Source: an uncultured Solirubrobacterales bacterium
GTDB lineage: Bacteria > Actinomycetota > Thermoleophilia > Solirubrobacterales > Solirubrobacteraceae
Length of the DNA stretch: 64,000 nt
Assembly (NCBI GenBank): GCA_963715495.1
Contig: OY970247.1
Span: 2,132,219-2,196,218 of the forward strand
Direction: 5' to 3'
Below, piece by piece: positions 9,281-17,491 of this stretch (its first letter is position 1; each line of letters opens with the position of its first letter). The notes under the pieces are model-generated. The model had not been told where the DNA came from. It did not search any database and was given only the letters and a program-made list of their open reading frames with translations. A program made the position numbers and the translations under genes.

Positions 9281-10666
9281 GGCGTATCCCGCTGGGCCCG
9301 CACGTCTGATCGCACCCGGTTCTTCTGGACCCTGCTCGCAACCAGAGAGAACGTATCCCGGGTCCTCGGCGCGAGCAGTAGCGCAGTTCACACCGTCGTG
9401 TTCGCGAGCGGGCCCGGCGTGAAAGATGCGGCCACGGAAGACGACGAAGTTGATTGACGTCACGATGAGTATCGTCGTCAGGTAGACGACCTCCACGGGA
9501 ACGCCCAAGAGACCCGGGAGTCGAGCGGTACTGAGAGCTGTGACTCCGTACTGGGTGCCGGCCACCAGCAGATAGCGAGCGACCTGACGATGGGCGGGCA
9601 AGGCGAACTGGCCGGGATGCCTCCAGACGAACAGGCGTTGAAGCGTGAAGTGGAAGACCATCCCCAAGGCGAACCCGATCGCAAGCGCAATCTGGAAGGG
9701 CACGGCGAGCTCACTGTGAAGCAACGTCGTGGTCGTCAGGTAGACGAGCGCGACGAAGCCGCCCGACAGCACGAAGCGCAAGCCCTGACCGAGCAGTCCC
9801 GACTTGGGTGAGCGGATGTCGCGCAAGATCCTACGCGTCGCATGCAACGGCCTCCACGAGGTGGCCGCGGACTCAGACATACCCGGTCGCATCGGCAGGC
9901 GTTGTCCGCGACGTGCCGCGCCGCGCGCGGTATTCGGTGGAGCCGTGCGCAGAAAAGCGTCGGTCTCATACAGCGCCGCCGGCGTTCCGATCTCATAGAA
10001 CCGTTTCGTTGCCGCGACGCCGCACAGCTCTCCGCGACGCGCCAAGCGCCCATAGAGAATCGCGAGATCGCGCTCGCCTTCGGGGGCCGCCTCGACGGCG
10101 CAGGCCCGCAGCCCGCCGAGGCCATAGTCGATCCAGCGCATCGCCGACGTCGGAGCGTGCTTGTCGTATGCCACGACGCGGCCGCGTTCGTAGACGGCGT
10201 TCGAGATATCCCAGCGGCCGTCGTTGCGAAGCACAGTCATCAGCGCGGGAAGCCCGCTCCCACGCCAGGCCTGGTCGGCTGCGGCGTAGTCGATGCGCAG
10301 ATAGGAGTCGCCGTAGAGCACGAGGAAGCGCTCACCAAGCAAGGGCAGCGCGCGCCGCACGGCTCCGAGTGTCCCGTCGAGGTCGGGAGCGTCGAAGCTG
10401 TAAGCGATGCGTACCCCGAAGCGCTCCTCGCCGATCCGCTCGACGATCATCTCACCGCGGTAGCCGACGCACAGCACCACCTCCCGCGCCCCGTGGGTTG
10501 CCAGCAGGCGCAATTGATGGATCAGAAACGGCTCGCCCGCGACGTCCAGCAGCGGCTTGGGGACATCGCGCACGCGCGTGCCCAGGCGCGTGCCCAGCCC
10601 TCCGGCGAGGATGCACACGGGCGGCAGGCCGTCGATGGAGCTACCGCCGCTCACCGGGCTACTCAT
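9068..10666 (-). CDS. Sugar-1-phosphate nucleotidyltransferase (HddC-like) in frame with a GtrA-family flippase domain
   Basis: LAGGLGTRL..PKPL, LYGDSY, EIGTP (about 10666-9950), then a four-helix GtrA-like domain RFVLSGG..FHFTLQRLFVW..NFVVFRGRIF (about 9790-9420) with no stop between; internal ATGs at 9892 and 9880. The C-terminal tail overlapping the MerR gene is doubtful. Confidence 0.75.
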   Translation of the reverse strand: MSSPVSGGSSIDGLPPVCILAGGLGTRLGTRVRDVPKPLLDVAGEPFLIHQLRLLATHGAREVVLCVGYRGEMIVERIGEERFGVRIAYSFDAPDLDGTLGAVRRALPLLGERFLVLYGDSYLRIDYAAADQAWRGSGLPALMTVLRNDGRWDISNAVYERGRVVAYDKHAPTSAMRWIDYGLGGLRACAVEAAPEGERDLAILYGRLARRGELCGVAATKRFYEIGTPAALYETDAFLRTAPPNTARGAARRGQRLPMRPGMSESAATSWRPLHATRRILRDIRSPKSGLLGQGLRFVLSGGFVALVYLTTTTLLHSELAVPFQIALAIGFALGMVFHFTLQRLFVWRHPGQFALPAHRQVARYLLVAGTQYGVTALSTARLPGLLGVPVEVVYLTTILIVTSINFVVFRGRIFHAGPAREHDGVNCATARAEDPGYVLSGCEQGPEEPGAIRRAGPAGYALRDVGRSDRGMRRHHARESLAQLLGGGGRAGPDALDGRSARLGEGAAVVEDIDTGLGLARGVDEPPQDVG

Positions 10667-11747
10667 CCCAGCCATGATGGGACTCGATGATGTACTTGGG
10701 CCGATCTCGAGACTCGTCGTAGATTCGTCCGACGTACTCGCCGATCACGCCCAGCGAGAGCATCTGGATGCCGCTGAAGAACGACACAATGAGCACAATC
10801 GTGGGATTGCCGACCGGAAAGGGGATGCCACCGATCTTCAGTCCCAGGTAGGCGAGCGCCAGAGTGAAGGCCAGTCCCGCCAGGATCATCCCGACCAGCG
10901 AGATCAGGTGCAACGGGTAACGCGAGAACCCAACGATGCCGTTCAGCCCGATCGCCAGCGAGCCCCAGAAGCGGTTGTACTTGCTCGAGCCGGCAGCCCT
11001 GGAGTCGCGATCGTACGGAACGCTGGATTGAGGAAACCCGACCAGGCCGACCAGGCCCCGCAGAAATCCATGGCCCTCCTTCAGGGCAACCACGTTGTCG
11101 ACGACGCGGCGGCTCATCAGGCGGAAGTCGCCCGTGTTGCGTGGAATGTCGACGTCTGCGATGCGTTTGATCACGCGATACCCGGCGGCGGCGACGATGC
11201 GCTTGGGGATCGTCTCGCCCGCGCGCGTGCGCCGCTGCGCGTAAACGACATCGTCGCCTGCACGCCAGCGCGCGACGAGCTCGGGGATCAGCTCGGGAGG
11301 ATCCTGAAGATCGCAGTCGATCACCACCACCGCGTCACCCGAGGCGGCCTCGAGGCCCGCGATGGTTGCCATCGGCTGGCCGAACCTGCGGGAGAAGCGC
11401 AGCATCTTCACTCGCGGGTCCTCCTCGCGCAGGCCCAAGATCGTCTCCTCTGTGCGATCGGTGCACGGATCGACGCTGAAGACCAGCTCCCACTCCATAT
11501 CGATGCCCAGCATGACGTTCGTGAGACGCTCGTAGACTCGCCGGATGTTGTCCTGCTCGTTGTAGGTGGGGACGACGATGCTGAGCATCTGAGCGGCGGA
11601 TCCACCGTCTGGGCGCACCGTCCGCTTCGTCGCGGAGCCGGCCCTGCGCTCGGTCGAGCTCACCGGTCGCCTCGCGGATCTCACCGTCCTTCCCGCAGAG
11701 CTCACCGTGCGTCCAGCCGAGGTCGTCGTGCGTCCCGCCATGCTCAT
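10659..11747 (-). CDS. GT2 polyprenyl-phosphate glycosyltransferase (GtrB/YkcC/ArnC-like)
   Basis: VVPTYNEQ, FSRRFGQ, IDCDLQDPP, GDFRLMSR, two C-terminal TM helices, EYVGRIY.E..RP.Y. Confidence 0.9.
   Translation of the reverse strand: MSMAGRTTTSAGRTVSSAGRTVRSARRPVSSTERRAGSATKRTVRPDGGSAAQMLSIVVPTYNEQDNIRRVYERLTNVMLGIDMEWELVFSVDPCTDRTEETILGLREEDPRVKMLRFSRRFGQPMATIAGLEAASGDAVVVIDCDLQDPPELIPELVARWRAGDDVVYAQRRTRAGETIPKRIVAAAGYRVIKRIADVDIPRNTGDFRLMSRRVVDNVVALKEGHGFLRGLVGLVGFPQSSVPYDRDSRAAGSSKYNRFWGSLAIGLNGIVGFSRYPLHLISLVGMILAGLAFTLALAYLGLKIGGIPFPVGNPTIVLIVSFFSGIQMLSLGVIGEYVGRIYDESRDRPKYIIESHHGWDE
11610..11741 (-). repeat. Imperfect 21-nt coding repeats (AGRTTTS/AGRTVSS/AGRTVRS/ARRPVSS...) at the GT2 N-terminus
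   Basis: Heptapeptide periodicity visible in the translation. Confidence 0.65.
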
Positions 11748-12686
11748 CGGCTCTCCTCCAAACGCGAGAGCACCGTCAGGCCGCGAGCCCCAAACGGCAG
11801 CCGCACGCCGCCGGAGAGCAATGCCTCCTCGACACGACAGGCGATGCGACCGAAGAGCGAATCGCTCGTACGCTCGATATCGCTCATCACCTTGCGTTCG
11901 AGCGCCCGCCCCCGAAGGTGCGCGTGGCGGCGTCGATTGCGCTGCTTGACGGCCCAGAACGCCGGGTAGAGGAACGCCCCCAGGTGGATGTCCTCGACTA
12001 CCCGCAGCCCCACATTCCCGGCCTTTCGAGCGAGCTCGCCTCGAGCGTAGCGGCGCTCGTGACCGAGGAAGCGGTCATAGCAGTCGTAGTTGCCCGGGCC
12101 CACAGGGACGACGATCACCGCGTGGGCGCCGGGGCGCAAGATTCGGGAGATCTCGGCGAGCGCCCGTTCGTCGTCGGGCACGTGCTCGAGCAGGTTCGCG
12201 CTCACGGCCGCGTCTACGCTCGCGTCCGGGAGTGGCAGCATGCACACATCGGCTTGGAGCAGCAGCGCGTCCGGGACGTTTTCATGCGCCTTGCATAGCC
12301 CGCTTGCCACGAGATCCACGCCGATCAGGGTGGCGTCGGGGAGGAGACTCCTACGCAGATCTTCGAGCAGGTACCCGGTCGAGCAGCCGAGATCGATGAG
12401 CGTGGGCGCCTGGGGGAGCCGCCCGAGCCGGGCGAGCATCGCGCGACGAGTCCAAACGTCGATGAAGTGTGTACGGCTGCTCTCCTGGTGAAGCTGCTCG
12501 AGGTCCGTCCGACCAGTTGACCGCATGCCTGGCGTGGACGTAGCTGAGAAAGGGTTGGCGAACATCGTCCTCCTCGGTCACCCAGCCCTCGTCGAACGGC
12601 GGAACGCGCTGGGCGCCCGGTGGCGAGCGCAGTCCCGCCGGCGTGCCGCTCATCGAGACGGCGGCGCTCATAGGAGAGCTCTTCAT
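11744..12686 (-). CDS. Class I SAM-dependent methyltransferase, one +1 frameshift at about 12507 as sequenced
   Basis: ATG 12686 overlaps the SDR stop (ATGA) and reads ..QPFLSYVHARHAVNWSD; the next frame gives DLEQLHQESSRTHF..IDLGCSTG..LLEHV. Junction is TGG TCG GAC [G] GAC CTC GAG. Confidence 0.8.
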
Positions 12687-13525
12687 GCGTGCACCTCCGC
12701 CGGGACGGCGGTGAAGAGCATGTCGTCCACCCGCCTGAGCGTCGCGAAGTCGGGCTCGGCGGCGAGCCGGCGACGGAAGCCCGCGTCGCGCCAAGGGTCC
12801 CAGCGGGCGGAGATCAGCTTGCCTGTGAACGAGGTGTCGGCGTTGTTCTCGAGCAGCAGACAGACGAGCTCGGCCGCCTCGCCAATCGGGTCTCCGCCCT
12901 GCTGCAGCTCGGCACGCGTACGATCGAAGTAGTCGGCGCCCGCCAGTTCGCGACCGGCCGCAATCGTGCTCTGGTGAATGCCTGTCGCCACAAACCCGGG
13001 GGCGATGCAGTTGACCCGCACACCGTCGCCCGCCAGCTCGGCCGAGATGTTCTCGGTGAGACGTGCGACGGCTGCCTTGGATGCCGCGTAGGCATCGAAG
13101 CGAGGCAGCGGCCCGGTCGCTCCCCCGCCGCCGAACGTCACGACGGCGCCTGCACTCGCGCTCAGCCCGGGCAGGCAGGTGTGAATCGCGAGCAGCGTCC
13201 CGACGACGTTGATCTCGAGCGTGTGGCGAAAGTCCGCCGGCGTGTAACTCCCGATCGGACCGATCGGGTCGAGCACCGCGGCTGCGCACACCAGCCCGTG
13301 TGTATCCCCCAGGCTGGGCGCGAGCCGCTCCCAGGCAGCTTCGTCGCAGACGTCCAGCGCGAAGACCGCGTGTCCATCGCCGGGAAGCTCGCGGCGAGCC
13401 TGCTCGAGCGCATGCTCGCCGCGAGCGAGCAGCGTCACGCGCCATCCACGCTCCGCGAGCATGACCGCGATCGCGCGCCCGATGCCCCGCGATCCTCCGG
13501 TGATGAGCACGCCACGGTCACTCAC
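12683..13525 (-). CDS. Short-chain dehydrogenase/reductase (SDR)
   Basis: TGGSRGIG, YAASK, VNCIAPG. Confidence 0.92.
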   Translation of the reverse strand: MSDRGVLITGGSRGIGRAIAVMLAERGWRVTLLARGEHALEQARRELPGDGHAVFALDVCDEAAWERLAPSLGDTHGLVCAAAVLDPIGPIGSYTPADFRHTLEINVVGTLLAIHTCLPGLSASAGAVVTFGGGGATGPLPRFDAYAASKAAVARLTENISAELAGDGVRVNCIAPGFVATGIHQSTIAAGRELAGADYFDRTRAELQQGGDPIGEAAELVCLLLENNADTSFTGKLISARWDPWRDAGFRRRLAAEPDFATLRRVDDMLFTAVPAEVHA

Positions 13526-13585
13526 GCGACCACCGCCCGTCTCATGTGACCACCGCCTGTCTCACGCGACCACCGCCTGTCTCAT
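13521..13585. repeat. 20-bp tandem repeat x3 at the Gfo/SDR junction, encoding two 7-aa coupled mini-ORFs
   Basis: ctcacgcgaccaccgcccgt / ctcatgtgaccaccgcctgt / ctcacgcgaccaccgcctgt. Confidence 0.9.
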
Positions 13586-14590
13586 CTCCGCGTAGGGACT
13601 CGCGGCATAGGCAGCCTCGATCTGCTCCCACACATACCGCGCGTCGTGCAGATCGCCGCGCAGCAGACGCGCATCGCCGGCATCGATGGCATCCGTAAAG
13701 CTCGTCCACTCCCGCGCCCACGAGTCGTCCTCGTCGGGGTAGGTGAGCTCCTCGACGTCCGGCGGCCCCAGCTTCGGTCCCATCCGGTAGATCCGCAGCC
13801 GCTGAGGCCCGTAGCTGCGCACCAGCCCGTTCACTTCGAGCTTCGCCTCGCGGCAGTAGATCTCCAGCGAGAACAGGTTCTTCCACTCGGTCCAGCTCAC
13901 GTGCAGCATCGCCCAGGGATCGACGCGCGAGCTCGCATCGCCCAGCAGCAGCGCCGCGCTGTCCTCCACGGGCGTATCCCAGAACTGAGTGCGCAGCAAC
14001 GCGGAGTGCAGCGGCAACGGGCCGGCGAGCCAGTGACTCAGATCGAGCAGGTGCGTACCCTGGTCGACCAGCTCGCCGCCGCCCGAGCGCGCAGGCTCGG
14101 CACGCCACTCGCGGTCATAGCCGAGGCGACCGCCGTGCCCGTAGCGCGCGCACACGTGCATGAGCGTCCCATGACATCCGCAACGGAGCTCCTCGGCGGC
14201 GCGAGCGATCCCCGGGTGAAAGCGGTGGTTGAATCCCACCTTGACCAGGCATCCACTGGCGCGCTGGCACTCGATCAGACGGTCGACCTCGGCGGTGGAC
14301 AGCCCCGCCGGCTTCTCCACGAGCACATGCGCTCCGGCGAGCAGCGCCCGCTCGGCGATCCCCGCCAGCTGGTCATGAACGGTGGATACGACGACGACTT
14401 CCGCGCCGACCGCAAGCAGCTCGTCCAGGGTGGCGCACGCAGTGGCGTCATAGCGCCCGGCGAAGCTGTTGGTGACGTCGGCGTTCACGTCATAACAGGC
14501 GAGTAGGGCGTCGTCCGGCGCGAGCGCCGCCGCGCGCTTGGCTCCGATCAGCCCGCAGCCGACGATGGCCACACCCAGAGGGCGTCTCAT
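13562..14590 (-). CDS. Gfo/Idh/MocA family oxidoreductase
   Basis: VGCGLIG, HVLVEKP, VGFNHRF, GGELVDQGTHLLD. Confidence 0.92.
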   Translation of the reverse strand: MRRPLGVAIVGCGLIGAKRAAALAPDDALLACYDVNADVTNSFAGRYDATACATLDELLAVGAEVVVVSTVHDQLAGIAERALLAGAHVLVEKPAGLSTAEVDRLIECQRASGCLVKVGFNHRFHPGIARAAEELRCGCHGTLMHVCARYGHGGRLGYDREWRAEPARSGGGELVDQGTHLLDLSHWLAGPLPLHSALLRTQFWDTPVEDSAALLLGDASSRVDPWAMLHVSWTEWKNLFSLEIYCREAKLEVNGLVRSYGPQRLRIYRMGPKLGPPDVEELTYPDEDDSWAREWTSFTDAIDAGDARLLRGDLHDARYVWEQIEAAYAASPYAEMRQAVVA

Positions 14591-15573
14591 GCGTACTCGC
14601 CCGCATAGGCGCCGCCGAACTCGAAGTCGAACGTCAGCTCAGGCGCGCCGGCGGCCGCCATCGCCTGCCTGGTGTCCTCCGGCCGGCGGCTGTATACGAG
14701 CAGGAACCCGCCGCCGCCGGCGCCCACCAGCTTGCCGCCGATCGCGCCGCTGCCGCGGGCGAACGTATAGAGCCGGTCGATGCGCTCGTCGGTCATCCCC
14801 GGTGAGCGATTGCGCTTGTGTTCCCAGTGCTCGTGCATGAGCTCGGCGTAGCCCTCGAGGTCTCCCTCGCCCAGCAGCCGGTAGATCTCGCGTCCGAGCT
14901 CCTTGGTGCGGTGCAGGTTCTCGAGCATCTGCTCGTCGCCCGCCTTCGAGCGCGCGTCCTGATCGGCGAGCATCTTCGAGGCCGAGCGCGCCTCGCCGGT
15001 GTAGAACAGCAGCAGTTGATCGCGCAGGTGCCTGAGCACGGTCGAGTCAAGCTCTAGTGGCTCGACGTCCACCTCCCCGCCGGGACGGAAGGTGTAGGCG
15101 CAGATTCCCCCGTGGGCGGCTACGTAAGGGTCCTGCTTGCCCACCGGCTCGCCGAGCGCTTCCATCTCGATCCCGCACGCGGCCTCGGCGAGGTCCCTGG
15201 GGCTGATCGAGGTGTGACGGGCTCGGATCAGGCCCTTGATCAGGCAGACCGTGTAGGCGCCCGAGGAGCCCATGCCGGTCCCGGCGGGCACGTCGGCGAC
15301 CGAGGCGATCTCCAGCGGACTGCCGCACCAATGGCGCCGCAGACCCTCGCGCAGGATCGGATGACGGATCTGCTCGATCTCGTCGACCTCCTCGAGCTCT
15401 GAGTACTTCATGCGATAGCGACGCTGGAAGACCGTGTGCGTAAGCATGTAGACGTACTTGTCGATCGCTCCGGACACGAGGAATCCACCGTGCTCGCGGT
15501 AGTAGGAGGGCAGGTCGGTACCCCCACCGCCGAGGGAGATCCGCAGCGGCGCGCGGCTGAAGATCACGCTCAT
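14587..15573 (-). CDS. hddA: GHMP-family sugar kinase (heptose-7-phosphate kinase HddA-like)
   Basis: RAPLRISLGGGGTD, PAGTGMGSSGA, GKQD, GGKLVGAGGGGF; ATG 15573 overlaps the epimerase stop. Confidence 0.88.
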   Translation of the reverse strand: MSVIFSRAPLRISLGGGGTDLPSYYREHGGFLVSGAIDKYVYMLTHTVFQRRYRMKYSELEEVDEIEQIRHPILREGLRRHWCGSPLEIASVADVPAGTGMGSSGAYTVCLIKGLIRARHTSISPRDLAEAACGIEMEALGEPVGKQDPYVAAHGGICAYTFRPGGEVDVEPLELDSTVLRHLRDQLLLFYTGEARSASKMLADQDARSKAGDEQMLENLHRTKELGREIYRLLGEGDLEGYAELMHEHWEHKRNRSPGMTDERIDRLYTFARGSGAIGGKLVGAGGGGFLLVYSRRPEDTRQAMAAAGAPELTFDFEFGGAYAGEYA

Positions 15574-16619
15574 CGTGCCCGCTCCACACCGCCCAGCGCA
15601 GCGTCTGTGCCGCCCGACCCGACCGCGCACTCCAGCTCGCGTCGATCGACTCCGGCCACCCGCTCCCGCCAGGCGTACTCGTTTGCGTCGAGCCACTCCA
15701 GCGTGCGCAGCACCGCTTGGCGGATCGTCAGCCGCGGGCGCCATCCGAGGCTGCGTACACGACCGACGTCCAGATGGATCAGCGGGCTGTCGCCGGCCCA
15801 ACCGCGACGCCCGCCGGTGTGCTCGATCTCCGGCGAGAGCGAGAGATGCTCGGCGATCATGCGCACCGAGTCATCGACGAGCATGGTCTCCTGCACGCCG
15901 AGGTTGTAGATGTGAGCGCCGGGCTCGGAGTGGTGACGCTCGGCGGCCGTCAATATCGCGGAGAGGCAGTCTTGGATATACAGATAGGACTTCTCCTGGC
16001 GACCGTCGCCGAGCACCCGCAGGCGCGTCGGATCGCGCTTGAGCGAGCAGTAGAAATCGGAAACGTGTCCGTGCGTGTAGCGCTCGCCCAGGATCGAGAC
16101 AAAGCGACAGATCAGGCCGGTGAAGCCGTAGCCGGCCGCATATGCGGCGATCAGGCCCTCGCCCGCGAGCTTGGACGCGCCGTAGAGCGAGGTCTGAGTC
16201 GGAAAGGGAACGTCCTCGGGTGTCGGGAACATCTCGGGCTCGCCGTAGACCGAGCCGGTCGAGGCGAACGCGATCCGCTTCACCCCCCGGGCGCGCATCG
16301 CCTCGAGCACGTTTGACGTGGCGATCGTGTTCTGCTCCAGGTCGCGCCGCGGATGCTCGAGGCCCCTGCGCACATCGGCGTTGGCTTGCAGGTGAAAAAC
16401 CCAGTCGCAGCCCTCGAGGGCATCCTCGAGCACGGCCGGGTCGAGCACATCTCCCTCGACGAGCCTCGCCCGTCCCGCACTCAACACGTCGGCCACGAAC
16501 TCGCGCCGACCCGTGCGAAAGTCGTCGACGATCACGACGTCGACGCCCTGGGCGCACAGTCGATCGGCGAGGTTGCTGCCGATGAACCCGGCGCCGCCGG
16601 TGACACACGCCCGTCTCAC
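15570..16619 (-). CDS. NAD-dependent nucleotide-sugar epimerase/dehydratase
   Basis: VTGGAGFIGSNL, ASTGSVYG, YGASK; start taken as GTG 16619. Confidence 0.9.
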   Translation of the reverse strand: MRRACVTGGAGFIGSNLADRLCAQGVDVVIVDDFRTGRREFVADVLSAGRARLVEGDVLDPAVLEDALEGCDWVFHLQANADVRRGLEHPRRDLEQNTIATSNVLEAMRARGVKRIAFASTGSVYGEPEMFPTPEDVPFPTQTSLYGASKLAGEGLIAAYAAGYGFTGLICRFVSILGERYTHGHVSDFYCSLKRDPTRLRVLGDGRQEKSYLYIQDCLSAILTAAERHHSEPGAHIYNLGVQETMLVDDSVRMIAEHLSLSPEIEHTGGRRGWAGDSPLIHLDVGRVRSLGWRPRLTIRQAVLRTLEWLDANEYAWRERVAGVDRRELECAVGSGGTDAALGGVERAR

Positions 16620-16681
16620 GGTCGGGACCCGAACACGCTCGCGGGACGGGGCTCGGCTGCTGCACGGGCGGTCGGCATCAT

Positions 16682-17401
16682 CTACAGCGCGAAGCCCGCT
16701 GCCGCCGCGTCGTCGTGGAACATCCGAACCGTCTCCAGCGAGTATTGCTCCAGACCCTTGCCGAGGCAGTCGAGCTTCTTGAGTAGGTCGTGGGTGAAGG
16801 TGATGATGTGACAACCGACCCGATCGGCCTGCACCAGATTGAGCACCTCGCGCGGCGAGGCCCAGATCAGCTCCGAGCGTCGAGCCTGCGCCATGATCTC
16901 CACCGAGCGAGCCATGATCGGCATGGGATCGACGCCGGCGTCGGCGATGCGCCCGGCAAAGACAGAGATATATGAAGGCGCTCCATGTTCAACGGCCGCG
17001 GTGATCAGTTCCACCTGCGCAGTGGTGAACAGTGCAGTGACATTGACTTTTACACTGTCTTCGGAGAGCTCGCGAACGAGCGACGCCAGCGATTCCCCCC
17101 GAGTCGTGGTGACCGGAATCTTGACGTACACATTCTCCCCCCAGGAGGCGATCAGACGAGCTTGACGCTCGATCCCGCCCAGGTCGTCGGCGAAAACCTC
17201 AAAGGAGATCGGATGGCTCGTCACATGCTCCAGCAGGCGCCGGGCGAACTCGGCATAGTCCGTCAGCCCCGCCTTGCGCATGAGCGTCGGGTTCGTGGTG
17301 AACCCCTGGACCCGGGGGTCGGCCGCGAGGGTCAGGATGCCATCAAGGTCCGCCCCATCGGCGAAAATTCGTGTCGAGATCTTGTCGAGCATTTGTGCCA
17401 C
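16682..17401 (-). CDS. tal: Transaldolase-family protein, cluster-dedicated
   Basis: IFADGAD, GFTTNPTL, VYVKIPV (Schiff-base Lys), VNVTALF, YISVFAGR. Confidence 0.88.
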   Translation of the reverse strand: MAQMLDKISTRIFADGADLDGILTLAADPRVQGFTTNPTLMRKAGLTDYAEFARRLLEHVTSHPISFEVFADDLGGIERQARLIASWGENVYVKIPVTTTRGESLASLVRELSEDSVKVNVTALFTTAQVELITAAVEHGAPSYISVFAGRIADAGVDPMPIMARSVEIMAQARRSELIWASPREVLNLVQADRVGCHIITFTHDLLKKLDCLGKGLEQYSLETVRMFHDDAAAAGFAL

Positions 17402-17491
17402 TCACCGGAGGGGACCTTAACAAGATCTCTTTTGATCTAAATGTTTCTGATATTTGCCCTGTTGCCCCCTTATCTGCTCTCATGATTTCCC

